A DNA stretch of 64,000 bases from contig JAQFVV010000002.1 of the NCBI GenBank assembly GCA_028023455.1, positions 33,108,001-33,172,000 on the forward strand, read 5' to 3'. A model generated the notes under the pieces. The model was not told the origin of the DNA. It did no database searches and saw only the letters and a list, made by a program, of their open reading frames with translations. Below are positions 35,730-47,470 of the stretch, in pieces. This DNA is from Epiperipatus broadwayi (taxonomy: Eukaryota; Animalia; Onychophora). Both the position numbers and the translations under genes were made by a program. Position 1 is the first letter of the stretch. Each line of letters starts with the position of its first letter.

Positions 35730-36125
35730 ACACATTGTGTACCAAAATGTAATAGACCTAACTATTCACATGTCGTGAACCTAAGAACTCATGCCTACCA
35801 CATTGCATGCCAAAAATGTAAGACCTTAACGGGAATGAATTCACTAATTGGCTAGTACGAACGCAACATGGTAGTCAACTTACAGTAAGTCTATATGTAC
35901 TGGTGCACCTATTATTTAGACACCACTGTTGATTGTGCCAAAAATATAAGACCACAGTCTGCACATGTGGTGAACCTAAGTATTCACTCCTATCATGCTG
36001 CACACCAAAAATGTAACAGTATACTTGTCACCAACAATCATCAACTAACTGAGCCCACGATGGTGCACCAAAAATGTAACACTGTCAGATGTAATTGCTC
36101 TAACTGTTCATGCCCAAAATGTAAT
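35730..36125 (-). repeat. Repeat-spacer array of LTR-end/PBS units in the Gypsy leader
   Basis: TTACATTTT(T)GG at (plus coordinates) 35742, 35810, 35938, 36005, 36068, 36114; spacings 68, 128, 67, 63, 46; spacers mostly dissimilar. Confidence 0.85.
36051..36070 (-). promoter_or_regulatory. Primer-binding site next to the 5' LTR
   Basis: GTTACA TTTT TGGTGCACCATCGTGGGCTC; resembles the tRNA-Lys(CTT) PBS TGGCGCCCAACGTGGGGCTC (Ile/Met also similar). Confidence 0.6.
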
Positions 36126-36619
36126 GGACTGTGGCCTGGCACAATTTCCAGATGGATACTCAATGTATCAAAATGAAACAGTAAGCATTGATGGAGAATA
36201 CGGAAAAAGATTTACATTATACTTTACCAATATTTGAGCTTGACTACAAAAGTTGAGCTAAATTTTATAACTTGATCAAAATACAATTTAAAATGGCATA
36301 CCCAGAGCCCTCCCAACTTACGGGTCCTATTACATCTTGGAGTTCAAACTCAGTGAAGAAATTTGCCTTTAACTCTACTCAAGGATGGATTTAAATAGGA
36401 TGGCAATAACATGACCTCTATATAGGTCCCTAATGGCTTTTTACTAATGAATATATTAAAAATGTCTACACATGTACGATAGATATTCTGGTGAGTGAAG
36501 TATGAATGATGCTTGATAATCTAGAGACCAGAGAAACAAAGATTTTAACTTCAACAACAAATATTTATTAACAAAATCTGGGTTAAATTTATAGCCTTTA
36601 TAACTTAATAAAATATAAA
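36075..36619 (-). repeat. 5' LTR (outer boundary unresolved)
   Basis: Ends GTTACA on the minus strand at 36075; direct repeat of 30075-30634. Confidence 0.8.
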
Positions 36620-39600
36620 TATAATAATATTAAATCGTGCTGTCACACTTCCAACGTAAAGCTGTAACAACAAATAAAAAACTAAATTAAATGGCTGAGC
36701 GTTTTCAAGATGTACTTCTCATATTCATAGCCAGTTATGATTCTTTCTTTGAAATCATTATATAAATAAATACCATATGCAAATTCTATGCAAATGAGTC
36801 ACTAAGACCATCTTTTAGATATAACAAAACATGCATCCATACGAATAATGGCGGAGTCCTCTGCTAGAAAGTAAGATATTCTTAAAAGTTTGAACCTTTT
36901 TTCAAGTACAAACATAGAACGTCACAAAATTACAAAAAAATCAAAGTAATAATAAAATGAGAAAGTGAAATTTAATCAACCATTCTGCTGTAGAAGCAGA
37001 TACTTATATTTTATCATAGACTATGTTTTTATTTGCACTTCCTTTGTCATATTTAGTGGAATATGGGTTCAGCACATTCACAAATCGCTAATATCAATGG
37101 TTTAAAAATATTGCTGACAAAAATAAAGCCTAAAATTAATAATGTGGTAGCAGCACACCAGGTTCAAAACATGATTTTTATTTTAATATTCTTCATTATC
37201 TTAATGTTCTTTGTGTATGAATATAACAGTGGTTAATTTTAAAAAATAATTTTATAATTTAGTTTCAAGATGTCATATCTTTTTTACTGTTTTCGAATAT
37301 AGATAGAAACATAGGTACATAAAAAAATGTAAATTTGCCACATTGTCTTTGCATTGGCTTCAAGAAGATAGACTGCTTTGGGGGGGGTGCTGAGCAATTT
37401 TTTCACTGAAATGTGGCAATAGACCAAATAAATTTTGGAATCTCTGGACTAGATGATTCAAGATTAATAGTTTGTTAGTATATACTAGCAACTTAATAAT
37501 TTATAAGTAATTTACTCGAGCAGATTTTTTTAATATATGTCTTGAGAATTTGCCCTCTCCATCAATTTAGAAATATCATAATTAAGCAACTAAGACAACC
37601 AATACATCAACTTCAGTCAGTTTTTCTTAAATTCCATCTCAAAATTAGACAGCTTTGAAAGCACGTGATCTATTTTAAGTTTTGCATTTTAGAGGAAAAA
37701 AAATTAATTCATAATAAATTAAATATGGAGTAGTTATTTTTTTGTAGAAAAAAGTTGCCAAATAATAAGGCACTACACAGCAACTTGAATGATGGTAATA
37801 AGTATAGCAAATGTAATTTATTAGAATAATTAAAATTTTCTAATTACTGTACTTTCAAAGCAAAAAAAATGTTTCTTATTGAAATGAATTTTTTCAATTT
37901 ATCATTAGAACAACAACTGAGGAACATCTCACTTCTCAAATGGTAATAAAAGATCAGTTTTCTTGGAAATTATTTTTTGGTGGGAAAAATTGGTTTTTCG
38001 TGTTTTAGTGATATTTAATGGCAATAATTAATTATGTTACATAAAAGCAATAAAAAAAAATTGGAAGATTTTAATATGTATATTGTCTGAAAAAAACAAT
38101 CCATAACTAAAACTAAATGTTGGTAATAAATATTTAAAATATAATTTCAAAGATCACATAATAAACAGGAAACTTATAGTTGCTTACATTTAAGGTTTTC
38201 TATTTTAAATTTATCCCCCACCCCACCCCAATATTTTCAATGAAAATTGATCTTTTATTGCCCATGTTCATCATTAATTGTTGTAATGTAAATGAAAAAA
38301 TTGTCATTCTCAAAAAAAAAAATCCCCCATTTTAAAATTATTAATAGGAAAACATTAACTTTACTATGGTATAAATTGCTTTGCTACATTTATTATCATC
38401 ATTCAAGTCCATGTGGATTTTTTAAAAATTATTTTCAGTATTTTTTATTGATTTGTTATTGAATTTTTTTTTTATAAGACAAATACATAAATATGGAACA
38501 TTTAATTTATAGATTAATTTCTTCACTGATTTTTTTTCTATAAAGTGCCATCTGGTAGATAGATTGTGAAATGTAAGATAAATCACATACTATAACAGTA
38601 CCAATATGATTTTATGTTGGCTATGTGATAGTACACCAGCAGGCAATGGCGCAATGAAACAAAACAAATCAGGACTATCTCTGTGCGCATGTTATTTAAA
38701 GTCATCCATATTTGACTGTAAATAAATTAATATAATTTAAATTTAATCTTACGAATAGTCTCTTTCTTTCTACTTGTAGAATATGATAATTCATTATTAA
38801 AATGTTACAAAAATATTTTCATTATAATGAAACAAAAAAAGAAATGAATATTAAAACATTTTGTAGATGTTTTAGACCTTAACAAATAGAAAAAAAATTG
38901 TTAAAAAAAAGTCAAGTATTTAAAAAATGAAGAAAAACAATAACGTAAAACATATGTAAATAATATTTTTGTTATGAATAATTAATGTACTGTAATATCA
39001 TTATTTTCTTTCATTTGTTATCGTTAGCTTATTTTGAATTATATTTACAATCAAAGCAATTATAATTATTTAAATTGTTTATAAACTTTTTCTATATAAA
39101 AGCACAATTAGGACTTAGTAACAATGAAATTTTAGATAAATATACTTCTGGGAAAAAATAAATAGTTAATAAGAGAAAACTAAACAAAAAGAATATTGTG
39201 TTTTCTTTATAGATATTTGTTCATAATTATGCGAGCAGATAAATATGAACTCCATATCATGTTATGAATTTTATACATTGAAGCTAATATGTTACAAACC
39301 TGTTTCAAATTTTTTTTTTTTTAAATTACAAATACATTCAATTTTTATTCTGAAGATTCATTAGTTAAACGAGAATATGAGAAAAATAATAATAATAATA
39401 AACAAACTAAATTATAGCTTTATACATGTTTTTTTTTTATTTGTTTGTTATGTATTCTATACAAAATATTTTGAAAACATATTAAAAATATATAAAAGTT
39501 GTTATACATATATACAAATAAATAATGAAATTTGTATTTATCGTAAAAATTATCACATTTCTTAAAGCAAATATCTTTTTTTTTAAAGATTTATGTACAA

Positions 39601-39704
39601 TCTTAAGAAATATTTAGGTGTTATCTTTACAATTAGTCAATAAAGATTAATTACTGATGGACTTCTCTGGATAATTTATAAAACCAACAAAAAAAGAATA
39701 TGTT

Positions 39705-39857
39705 TCAATCTTCCTTTTCATCTGCATTGAATTTGCTGGCTCGTTTAATTCTAGCATAGGGTCCGATATCAGGATCCATAATAAAATCATAGAGAACTTT
39801 AATCCAGGAATTATGTTGTGGTAAATTATCATAATATTCGGGTGCAATTTTCTTTAT
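39705..39857 (-). CDS. DEGS1: Sphingolipid delta(4)-desaturase, exon 3
   Basis: TTTGTAG acceptor; [39 protein letters not shown]...ED*; missed by the ORF track. Confidence 0.97.
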   Translation of the reverse strand: MKKIAPEYYDNLPQHNSWIKVLYDFIMDPDIGPYARIKRASKFNADEKED

Positions 39858-40928
39858 CTACAAATAATAAATTTAATTAATCAAATTAAATAATTAATTC
39901 ACAAATGTATGCATGTATGTAACATTTTAAAAAAAAATATGTAAAAGGTACTTTTTTTTTTTACTTTAAAAATTATAAAAACAAATTTAAAAAATAAAAG
40001 CAACATAAATGCCCATTTATTTCATTTGAAGAATTTTTATTTCATTAAACAGACTATCATAATCAGTGAACTAATCAAACTAGTACATTTGTCTATTTAT
40101 AATTCGGTTTTATATAATCGAAACTACTTCATTTTACCCGCTTAAATCTTCTTTTTTTATTTTAATTATATACCACAGACTTAACCATTAATTGTTTTTA
40201 AATTTTTTTTTTAAAAGTTAATTTATCTTTCTTTTAATAACTTTTAGAATCATCCAAATCCTCTTCATTATGGGTTTCTTTTTTTTTTCTTTTTTTTTTT
40301 TGTCCAATTTCATTAATTGGACATTTTTTATTTCTGTAAAAAAGTGCTGAGAATATCATAGTTAATATAGTTTTTCTTTGAGCATCTATTTTCACTTATT
40401 AATATAAAAATATTCTCTACACCTTGATCTTCTCTTAAATTTAATTATTATATGTCTACATATTGTAGAAATATAATATATGAAAGAGAGAAAAATGTTA
40501 AAATTCATTATTAAGATATCAATCCATTCAAAAATTGTTCCAAATCTCTGACATTTTAAAGATACCACTACTAAAGAATAATAGACAGGCAGTCATCCAC
40601 AATCTAAAATATTATCTAGAATTGTCCAAGGAGATAATTTGGAATTTTACACTTGTCATTGTTGAGTAGATACCAATATCAACTATATGTTGGATAAAAA
40701 AAGGGTTCTTATTTAAGATATATAATGAACTATCAATTTATTTATCTCCAAGATAATAAACTCTTAGCTTTATCTAAAGAGACTGTAGATGTAAGGTAAA
40801 TTTCCAGGTGATCTATTCTTCTAGTTTAGAAAAAAAAACTATCAGATAATATATAATTCAATATCTTCACTATCCCTTTACCAAAACAACTAAACTTTTG
40901 ATTTTTTTAAAGAATATTACTTTTTTCT

Positions 40929-41090
40929 CTTTAGACTGAATCTGCAGCCTTCATCAGAGATATGTAAATATTTTACAATATTATACTGCAATATGAAGTG
41001 TAGAATTTAATACTTAACATAATGCAAAATGTAATATAAAATATTTACATATCTCTGATAAAGTCTCCATGTTTAGCCAAAACATTTATA
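40929..41090. mobile_element. Foldback PLE-end relic with two outward-facing degenerate HHRs (DEGS intron 2)
   Basis: 23-bp perfect stem 40953-40975/41037-41059; minus CTGATGA AGGCTG..CAGTCT AAAG; plus CTGATAA AGTCT..AGCC AAAA CATT (CpG-decayed GCCGAAACGTT). Confidence 0.65.
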
Positions 41091-42909
41091 AGAAAATAAA
41101 ACGTTTAAAAAATATGAAAAAGCTATAATCTTCCGGTTATTAAAGTTTTGTGATATTTTTTAATCAGTATGCAGTTTCTTCTACATGTGGATGTATTTGT
41201 GTTTTGCAATTGATTTGTCAAAACACATTTCTAAAGTAGACTTTTTTCCACTCTCTCTTTATTATTATTATAGTGAATATGTGGAACATAACATCTTCAA
41301 TCAATGTCAGATTTCTACTTGAGTTTAGTACTCATGTATTCAACTCTCCTATGAATTCAAGTATTGCAATTAACAACACACATTAAATGACAGATTTTGA
41401 TCCTCAATATTTTCTCTATAGAAATGTTTTGTTGTTTTTTTTTTTAAAAAAAGGTAGAATTTAGAAAAAAAAAAATCTTACATGAAAGTTTTTAAAAAAT
41501 AAAACTAAAAGACAGTTGGTTTTTTTTTTTTTTTTTTGTTCTTTTATGTAAAATGATACAACTTTGAATATCTTTCTGAAAATATATTTTTTTTAAATAT
41601 ACTTTATAACTGGTATCTCTAATTACAAAAAGAATATAGACATCAAAAGATAAAAGAAGATAAAGAAAAAAAATTGATTTTCTGCAACACTTTATATTCG
41701 TCAAAAATATGGATTCCAAATGAAGTGGTATAAGTTGAATACACAAATAATAGCTCAGAAATGAATAAAGGTTTAACTCAAAAGAAAAATCTTTTTTTCC
41801 CTAAATATTTTTCTTTAATTTATAAAATGTTCAAAGGAGAGTAATTTTATTCAAATTTTAATTATCTAAATTAAAATTTACTCTAAAAAATGGCAAATAT
41901 AACTTGCATTTTTTTTTTTTTTTTAAACAACATTCTTTGTGAGTACATAAAATTCAATAAAATTAAAATAAAAAAAATTCCATTAAGATGGAAAGATTTT
42001 TTAAAATTCTTACATATTTATAATCTCTTCTAAATCTTAGTTCACTTTGGATGGCTATAAAATAATTATCTTTTTTAATAATTAAGTAAACATAAATTAT
42101 TGAAATTATTTTTTTTATCAATCTTGATTAGGAATTAAATAAGGCAATTCTTTAATTGTGATTTTAATAAATGATTTAACATTTTGCAGATTTTTTTTCC
42201 ATCCGATTATTAAATTTTCCAATAATACATATAAGCAAATCATTTAGAATAATGTAAAATTACAACCAAAAACTACATTAAACAAAAATAAAGCTAGAGA
42301 ATTTTTCAGCCTTTAATTTCTAAAGTTTTTTTTTTTTTTGCTTTTTTGTTGATAGGTCTGCATAAAATATTCTCTTTTTCTTATCTGTTAGGATATTATC
42401 TCTTTTTTTAAAATTAAAAATACATTCGCTGATTATTCTCTCAATAACGTAAAGAGTTTATGGATGAAGTTCTAAAACTCAGATCCCAGAAAAAAATGTG
42501 TTAACAGGATGAGCAGGCCAATTATTACTGCTTGGCTACATTGCTCAATTCCTCATCATACCTTGGGGCAACAAACATATAATTACTATAATCCACCATC
42601 CGAAAAACTTTCTTTTAAATACCTATCAGCAGTTCCTTCTTTTCCACACTCATAAATGAATTCTATTATTTTAAATCCTGATTTATACCTTCTATTAATG
42701 TAAATTTAAAATTTGTAATAGCATAATTAACAATAAATCTCATTTGTAAGACCTCAGAATAAACTTCATTCACTTTTTTTGCTTAAATTTTCTTCTACGT
42801 TACTTGCTATAGTTTATTTTTCAATATACTTTATAGGAAATAACTGCACAGTGAATATCGGCTTAATTACGTAATTAAAATATACATAATATAAAAAAAA
42901 AATATTTAC

Positions 42910-43652
42910 CTCAGGCAATCTTGATCCTGGTACACTGGGAAAGTCATGATGTTCATTGTGGTATCCAACATTAAATGTGATCCAATTCAACGGTCCATAA
43001 TAAGAATATGTCTCAAAACCTTTTTTAAACATGTAATGCTCAGATATAAAGTGACCTGCAACTGGATGCAAACCCATTGCAAGCAGAGAACCTGCAATTA
43101 AATAAGTAAGAGCTCTCGGACCCCAAAAATATAATACGATGGCATCAAAAATAAACTGAACAGTTGTATTTATAATTTCTAAATTGCTCAAAGGTTTTGG
43201 TCTCATAAAAAGTGGTCTTAAAGCATAAAAAAATGGCTGAAGAATAACCCATAAAAATTTTGTAAAAGTATTACGAAATAACTTAGCTTCCAGCTTCGAC
43301 GGTATATCAACATCAAGCATGTCATCTCCCTGATAACGATGATGTTCAAGATGATACTTTTTAAAAGTAATCGACATTGGAACACCAATAGGTAAATTTG
43401 CAAAAAATCCAAAAATCCTGTTGTACATTGGCCGAGAGTGTCCAAATGCCAAATTGTGAGCAATTTCATGTATGGCTAAACTCAAAGAATGATTAATAAC
43501 TCCTCCAAAACAATATGCTGCAATGAATATAAACGGCCATGATGCATCCTTGATAAAATAACAGGCAACTAACTGAACCAACACCATAAGTACAACAATA
43601 TACTTAAACCTTGTATCAAATCCCATAAGTGTTTTTATTTGGGGATATTTTT
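42910..43652 (-). CDS. DEGS1: Sphingolipid delta(4)-desaturase, exon 2 (743 bp)
   Basis: Poly-T AG acceptor, GTAAAT donor; His boxes HEIAH, HLEHH, HNEHH; [10 protein letters not shown]...PGSRLPE. Confidence 0.98.
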
Positions 43653-43949
43653 CTAAAAAAAAAAAAAAGATTTAAGATGAGAATTCAGTTTAATAATTAA
43701 AAAATAAATGTTACTTAACATATACAATTTTTTTTAATATAATTGAATTAATGAAGTTTATAATACAGTAATATTCCAATATTTAATGCCATTTGAGTCG
43801 AAGCTTTCCTGTGGATAATAGTGAAATTTACATGTGTTTAACATATGCAAAGTAGATACATTTATAGTACAATTTATTTTTAGAATATACAAATTCAGAT
43901 ATCAACTAAAATTAACAAAAAAATAGAGTAATACATTATGAAAAACACA

Positions 43950-44800
43950 GTATGTGGTAGAACTGTTATTATCTGATGTGTTACATAAAACTGTAATATC
44001 ATAACTCACAATTGACATAATGAGTACACTTTTTTTGCTACATCACAACAATGTGAGTACTTGAGATTAAGCGAATGCATAAGACAGAGAATGATTGAAA
44101 TAAGAAAATGATTTATGCAATATGGGCAAGTACACTGAACACAAGATTTAAGAAGCGCTTTTTTTACTTTCAAATATTGAATCTGTATTTTGAGAGTGGA
44201 GACATGAAAGAATTACTATGTTAGAAATATGTACTCAAACTTGGAGATTCACAGTAATGTTAAATTACTTGCCTTCAAGAAAATAAATATGTATAATTGA
44301 AAGAAAGATTCAATATGTTGTAGTTATTGATCGCATGACGACGCTAGTTGAGTATAAGATGAAGGAAAAAAAAACCAAAGTAATCAAGGTAGAAAAATTA
44401 TATATAATTACTGCAATTAAATCAGTAATAACAATAAACTAGCTTACAATTTATCCTTGAAGCCATAAACAGCTAAGCAAGCCTTAATAACTATCAAATA
44501 AATATGGAGAAATGTATATTAAAATATAACAAGAAAAGATTAAAAATGTAATAACATGGCTAAGAGAACAAACCAGTATTTGACATCATAAAAAGAATTA
44601 AAAGTGAAATAGAATTAGACTGGATGTATTGCTAGAAGAAAATGATAATAGATAGACTGTAAAAGTTTTAAATCAAATCCCAAGAGATTGTAAAAACCCA
44701 AAAATAGACCAAATGTGAGATGAATGAAATTAGAAAGTTCACTGGTGTAATATGGAGAGGGGAAAAGCTTAAAATAGGAGAAACTGTATTGGTAGCATTT
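43950..44800 (+). mobile_element. RTE LINE relic in DEGS intron 1
   Basis: Decayed RT and 3' end (ATTAGACTGGATGTATTGCTAG..CCCAAGAGATTG..GAAATTAGAAAG), related to 51215-51415. Confidence 0.65.
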
Positions 44801-45869
44801 AAAAATAGATAAATGAATAAGAAGAAATTTTTTTAAAAACATTGCATAGATTTGTAAAAAAATTTAACAGATGCTCGTCATAAGAACGTATCTGCAAAAA
44901 TATATGTAAAATTTTAATTCTTTTAAAGGTGAATTATCAGATTTTGGTACCTAATTTTTTCTAACATTAAATGCCTTTTATCTATAAGTTAGAATGGAAT
45001 TTTTCTAAACCAAAAGTATGGTAATTGTGTGATACTAAATAAAAACAGATAGTTGTACCTCTACTATGGCATTCTGCAGTCACACCCATACTCTGCACTG
45101 GAGAAAGGTATAACATTCTGCCTGAAAGTCTAATATGTAAATACCAAAATTATTATACCAAAGTCATTGCAGAAAAAACAAGATTTTATCAACAAGTCGA
45201 ACCAATCCAAATCATTCAACGGACACTTGATAATCTACAATATTTTGCAGGTCATACATACCAACCATAAAAATTTAATTACATGATCCATTTTTATAAA
45301 ATAACTGTATTTTATACCAATAGGATAAGTTTTTTTTTTTAAAAAATTCTTATTTCATTTTTTAGATTTTATTTTTGAAGTCTGAAATTTGGTAAATTTC
45401 ATTTCTGTAAGAGCAAACTTTATTAAAAATAGATCAAAATTTTACTGATATATTTAATGACTTGTACTTTAAAAAAAAAAAGTTTTATATACTTGGGTCT
45501 ATGACTTAATGAGAAAAAAAGAGTTCTAATTGTATGATTGCAGAGAGAGAAAAAATAGTAAAAAATTTTATAACCACAGAAAATGCAGCGAAAGAAACTA
45601 GTAGTATTAATCAATTAGTTTTCAAAAGAAGGTGAGGAATCTAATCTTGAAATGAGATTATTTGCATATAAATAAGTATCAAATTTTCTATAAACATTAT
45701 AAGACAAGTGTTTCAAAACACAGAAATAACACACACATAAAGCTTTATACATATTAATAATAAACAAAATATGTATGCACATGTTTATTATTATTGCTTT
45801 TGCAAATGTACTAATCCAATGCCTTCATCAAATTAAGGAAAGTCTTTAGCATGGCAAAACTAGTTAAAG

Positions 45870-46215
45870 AATTAATAATTTTTACTAGGCATTCATTAGA
45901 CTAGAGATTATCCAATTAAATTGTAGTAATTTATCTATATATATAGTGAACAATAATACAGATATATGTAAGAAGTTGTGGTCTAGGCCAATTGATGACT
46001 GCTGGTTCAGCATAAAATGTGCATTTTGGCCATCATACATCTTTTTCATATATTTTTGGTTATATGTTATGATTACAACCCTCCCCAAGGTGATAAAAGC
46101 AGATGGAAGCTAGTCTCTATCTTATGTGAGAGTGGTGTAGTGAAAATTATATTACAGAAATATTAAGTGGATAATCTCTAGTCTAATTAATGACTAGTAA
46201 AAATTATTAATATAC
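45870..46215 (+). mobile_element. Family C HHR repeat (C3) with an inverted copy of its own tail upstream
   Basis: 45870-45914 is the reverse complement of 46168-46211; core TTGATGA..AAAA mutated. Confidence 0.85.
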
Positions 46216-46299
46216 TTTCCATTAAGTGGTTTGTGCCAAAGTTGTAAGGGCAGTAAAGTTTGCCACTTATTAATTAACTGTAGCTATCTATATATATAT

Positions 46300-46505
46300 T
46301 GAACAATGATAAAGATATGTATAAGAGATTGTGGTCTGGGCCAATTGACAAGTGCTAGTTCGGCATGAAATGTGCATCTTGGGGATCATATATATTTTCC
46401 ACGACTTTAAGTCATGTTTATAATTACACCTCTCCACAAGATGTTACAAGTAGATAGAAATCAGCCCCAACCTTGCAAGAGTGGTGTAGTGGAAATTACA
46501 CTACA
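46300..46505 (+). mobile_element. Family C HHR repeat (C4)
   Basis: (TA)n TGAACAATGATAAAG...CCAA TTGACAA GTGCT..GGCAT GAAA TGTGCA TC TTGG. Confidence 0.85.
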
Positions 46506-47065
46506 CTACGGAGTTAAAGATGATTTCATTGCGGCGCTTTAATATTCGTTTAGCGCAATTACTATTTTTTTAATGCTATAAATAAATTAGAATGATATAT
46601 TACATGTATACCGAAATTACCATTTTACTAGTAACTGGTTATTAGGGAAAAATTCTATCGGTTTTAATTGAGTATTTTGTAATGTTCAAACTAGAATACA
46701 ACAAAAAAGATATATTTTTAAAAATATCTAACGTAAAAAGATAAGCAAATTGCATTGAAACATTCTTTAGTTTGTGCACTTGGCTTTTTATATATAAAAA
46801 TAGCAAATATTTTTCTTGCAATCAAGTCATAAGATCTATAAGATAGTAAAAAAACATTTCAAAATGAAAGCCGAAAAAAGGAAATCAACAGAATAAAAAC
46901 AGAATTTGCGGCTTAGAGCATTAATCCTATTAAAAATAAGTTTTATCTAACGAAATAAATGTTATTAACTTAGAATAAAAATAAACACAAGATGTAACAA
47001 ATTTTTCATACATAATCCCTAAATATTTAGAAAAAGTAAATAACGTAATCAAGAGGCTAACTTAC

Positions 47066-47147
47066 TAAGAATTTCTTTACGCCGGGTCGCATGAGGCTCT
47101 TCCGTATAAACCCATTCAAAATCCGTTCTGGAAACTTTAGCGCCCAT
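47066..47147 (-). CDS. DEGS1: Sphingolipid delta(4)-desaturase, exon 1 (82 bp coding)
   Basis: AAAATGG start, [27 protein letters not shown], phase-1 GTAAGT donor; MG myristoylation-type N-terminus. Confidence 0.97.
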
Positions 47148-47149
47148 TT

Positions 47150-47470
47150 TTAATTATATTACGATAAATATAAAAGTGTATCCAAATAATTAAGGATTAG
47201 TAAGTTATCTTCTAATATAAAAGTAAAATATGAACGGAACAAGCAATCATCCAGCTATTTATTTTAATAAGAGAGATAAAATGTGAGGTGACGGATACGT
47301 CAGGACGATCACATGATCGGAAATGAAGTCATAGTTGACGGCAGATTAGTCGAGTTCATTTTAGTTGACCAACATAATTATCATTTATCAAACGATAATC
47401 ATTATATCAGTCGTATCGAAACGCTTGAATAGATAAAGAAAGTGTAAAAGAAGATTATGACGTTAGGTTT
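47150..47470 (-). promoter_or_regulatory. CpG-rich DEGS 5'UTR/promoter
   Basis: Local CpG island; CGATCACATGATCG E-box (47306-47319), TGACG/CGTCA half sites (47289-47302), CGGAAAT. Confidence 0.6.

Larger units (their letters stand above)
30075..36619 (-). mobile_element. Decayed Gypsy-like LTR retrotransposon
   Basis: Paired LTRs, PBS-like sequence after the 5' LTR, coiled-coil gag-like relic 34198-35200, integrase C-terminal GPF-like relics at ~32750-33280 and ~33700-33850. Confidence 0.75.

Noticed and set aside
35730-36125. Bona fide CRISPR array
   Set aside because: Eukaryotic context, 11-12-nt repeat, no cas genes; the repeat equals an LTR end plus TGG
36848-36870. Plus-strand start exon MAESSAR with GTAAGA donor
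   Set aside because: Only 23 nt, with no convincing downstream exon or homology
40560-40830. hAT dimerisation-domain relic on the minus strand
   Set aside because: Resemblance too weak with many stops
40935-40963. Plus-strand micro-exon (TESAAFIRD) with good splice signals
   Set aside because: Fully explained by the inverted PLE/HHR relic
42479-42559. Intronic C/D snoRNA (ATGATGA...CTGA, sense to DEGS)
   Set aside because: No terminal stem, and I could not match a guide to rRNA or snRNA; snoScan would settle it
42814-42909. C-terminus VNIFFLYY... of the 270-aa ORF
   Set aside because: Read-through into intron 2; the real C-terminus is exon 3
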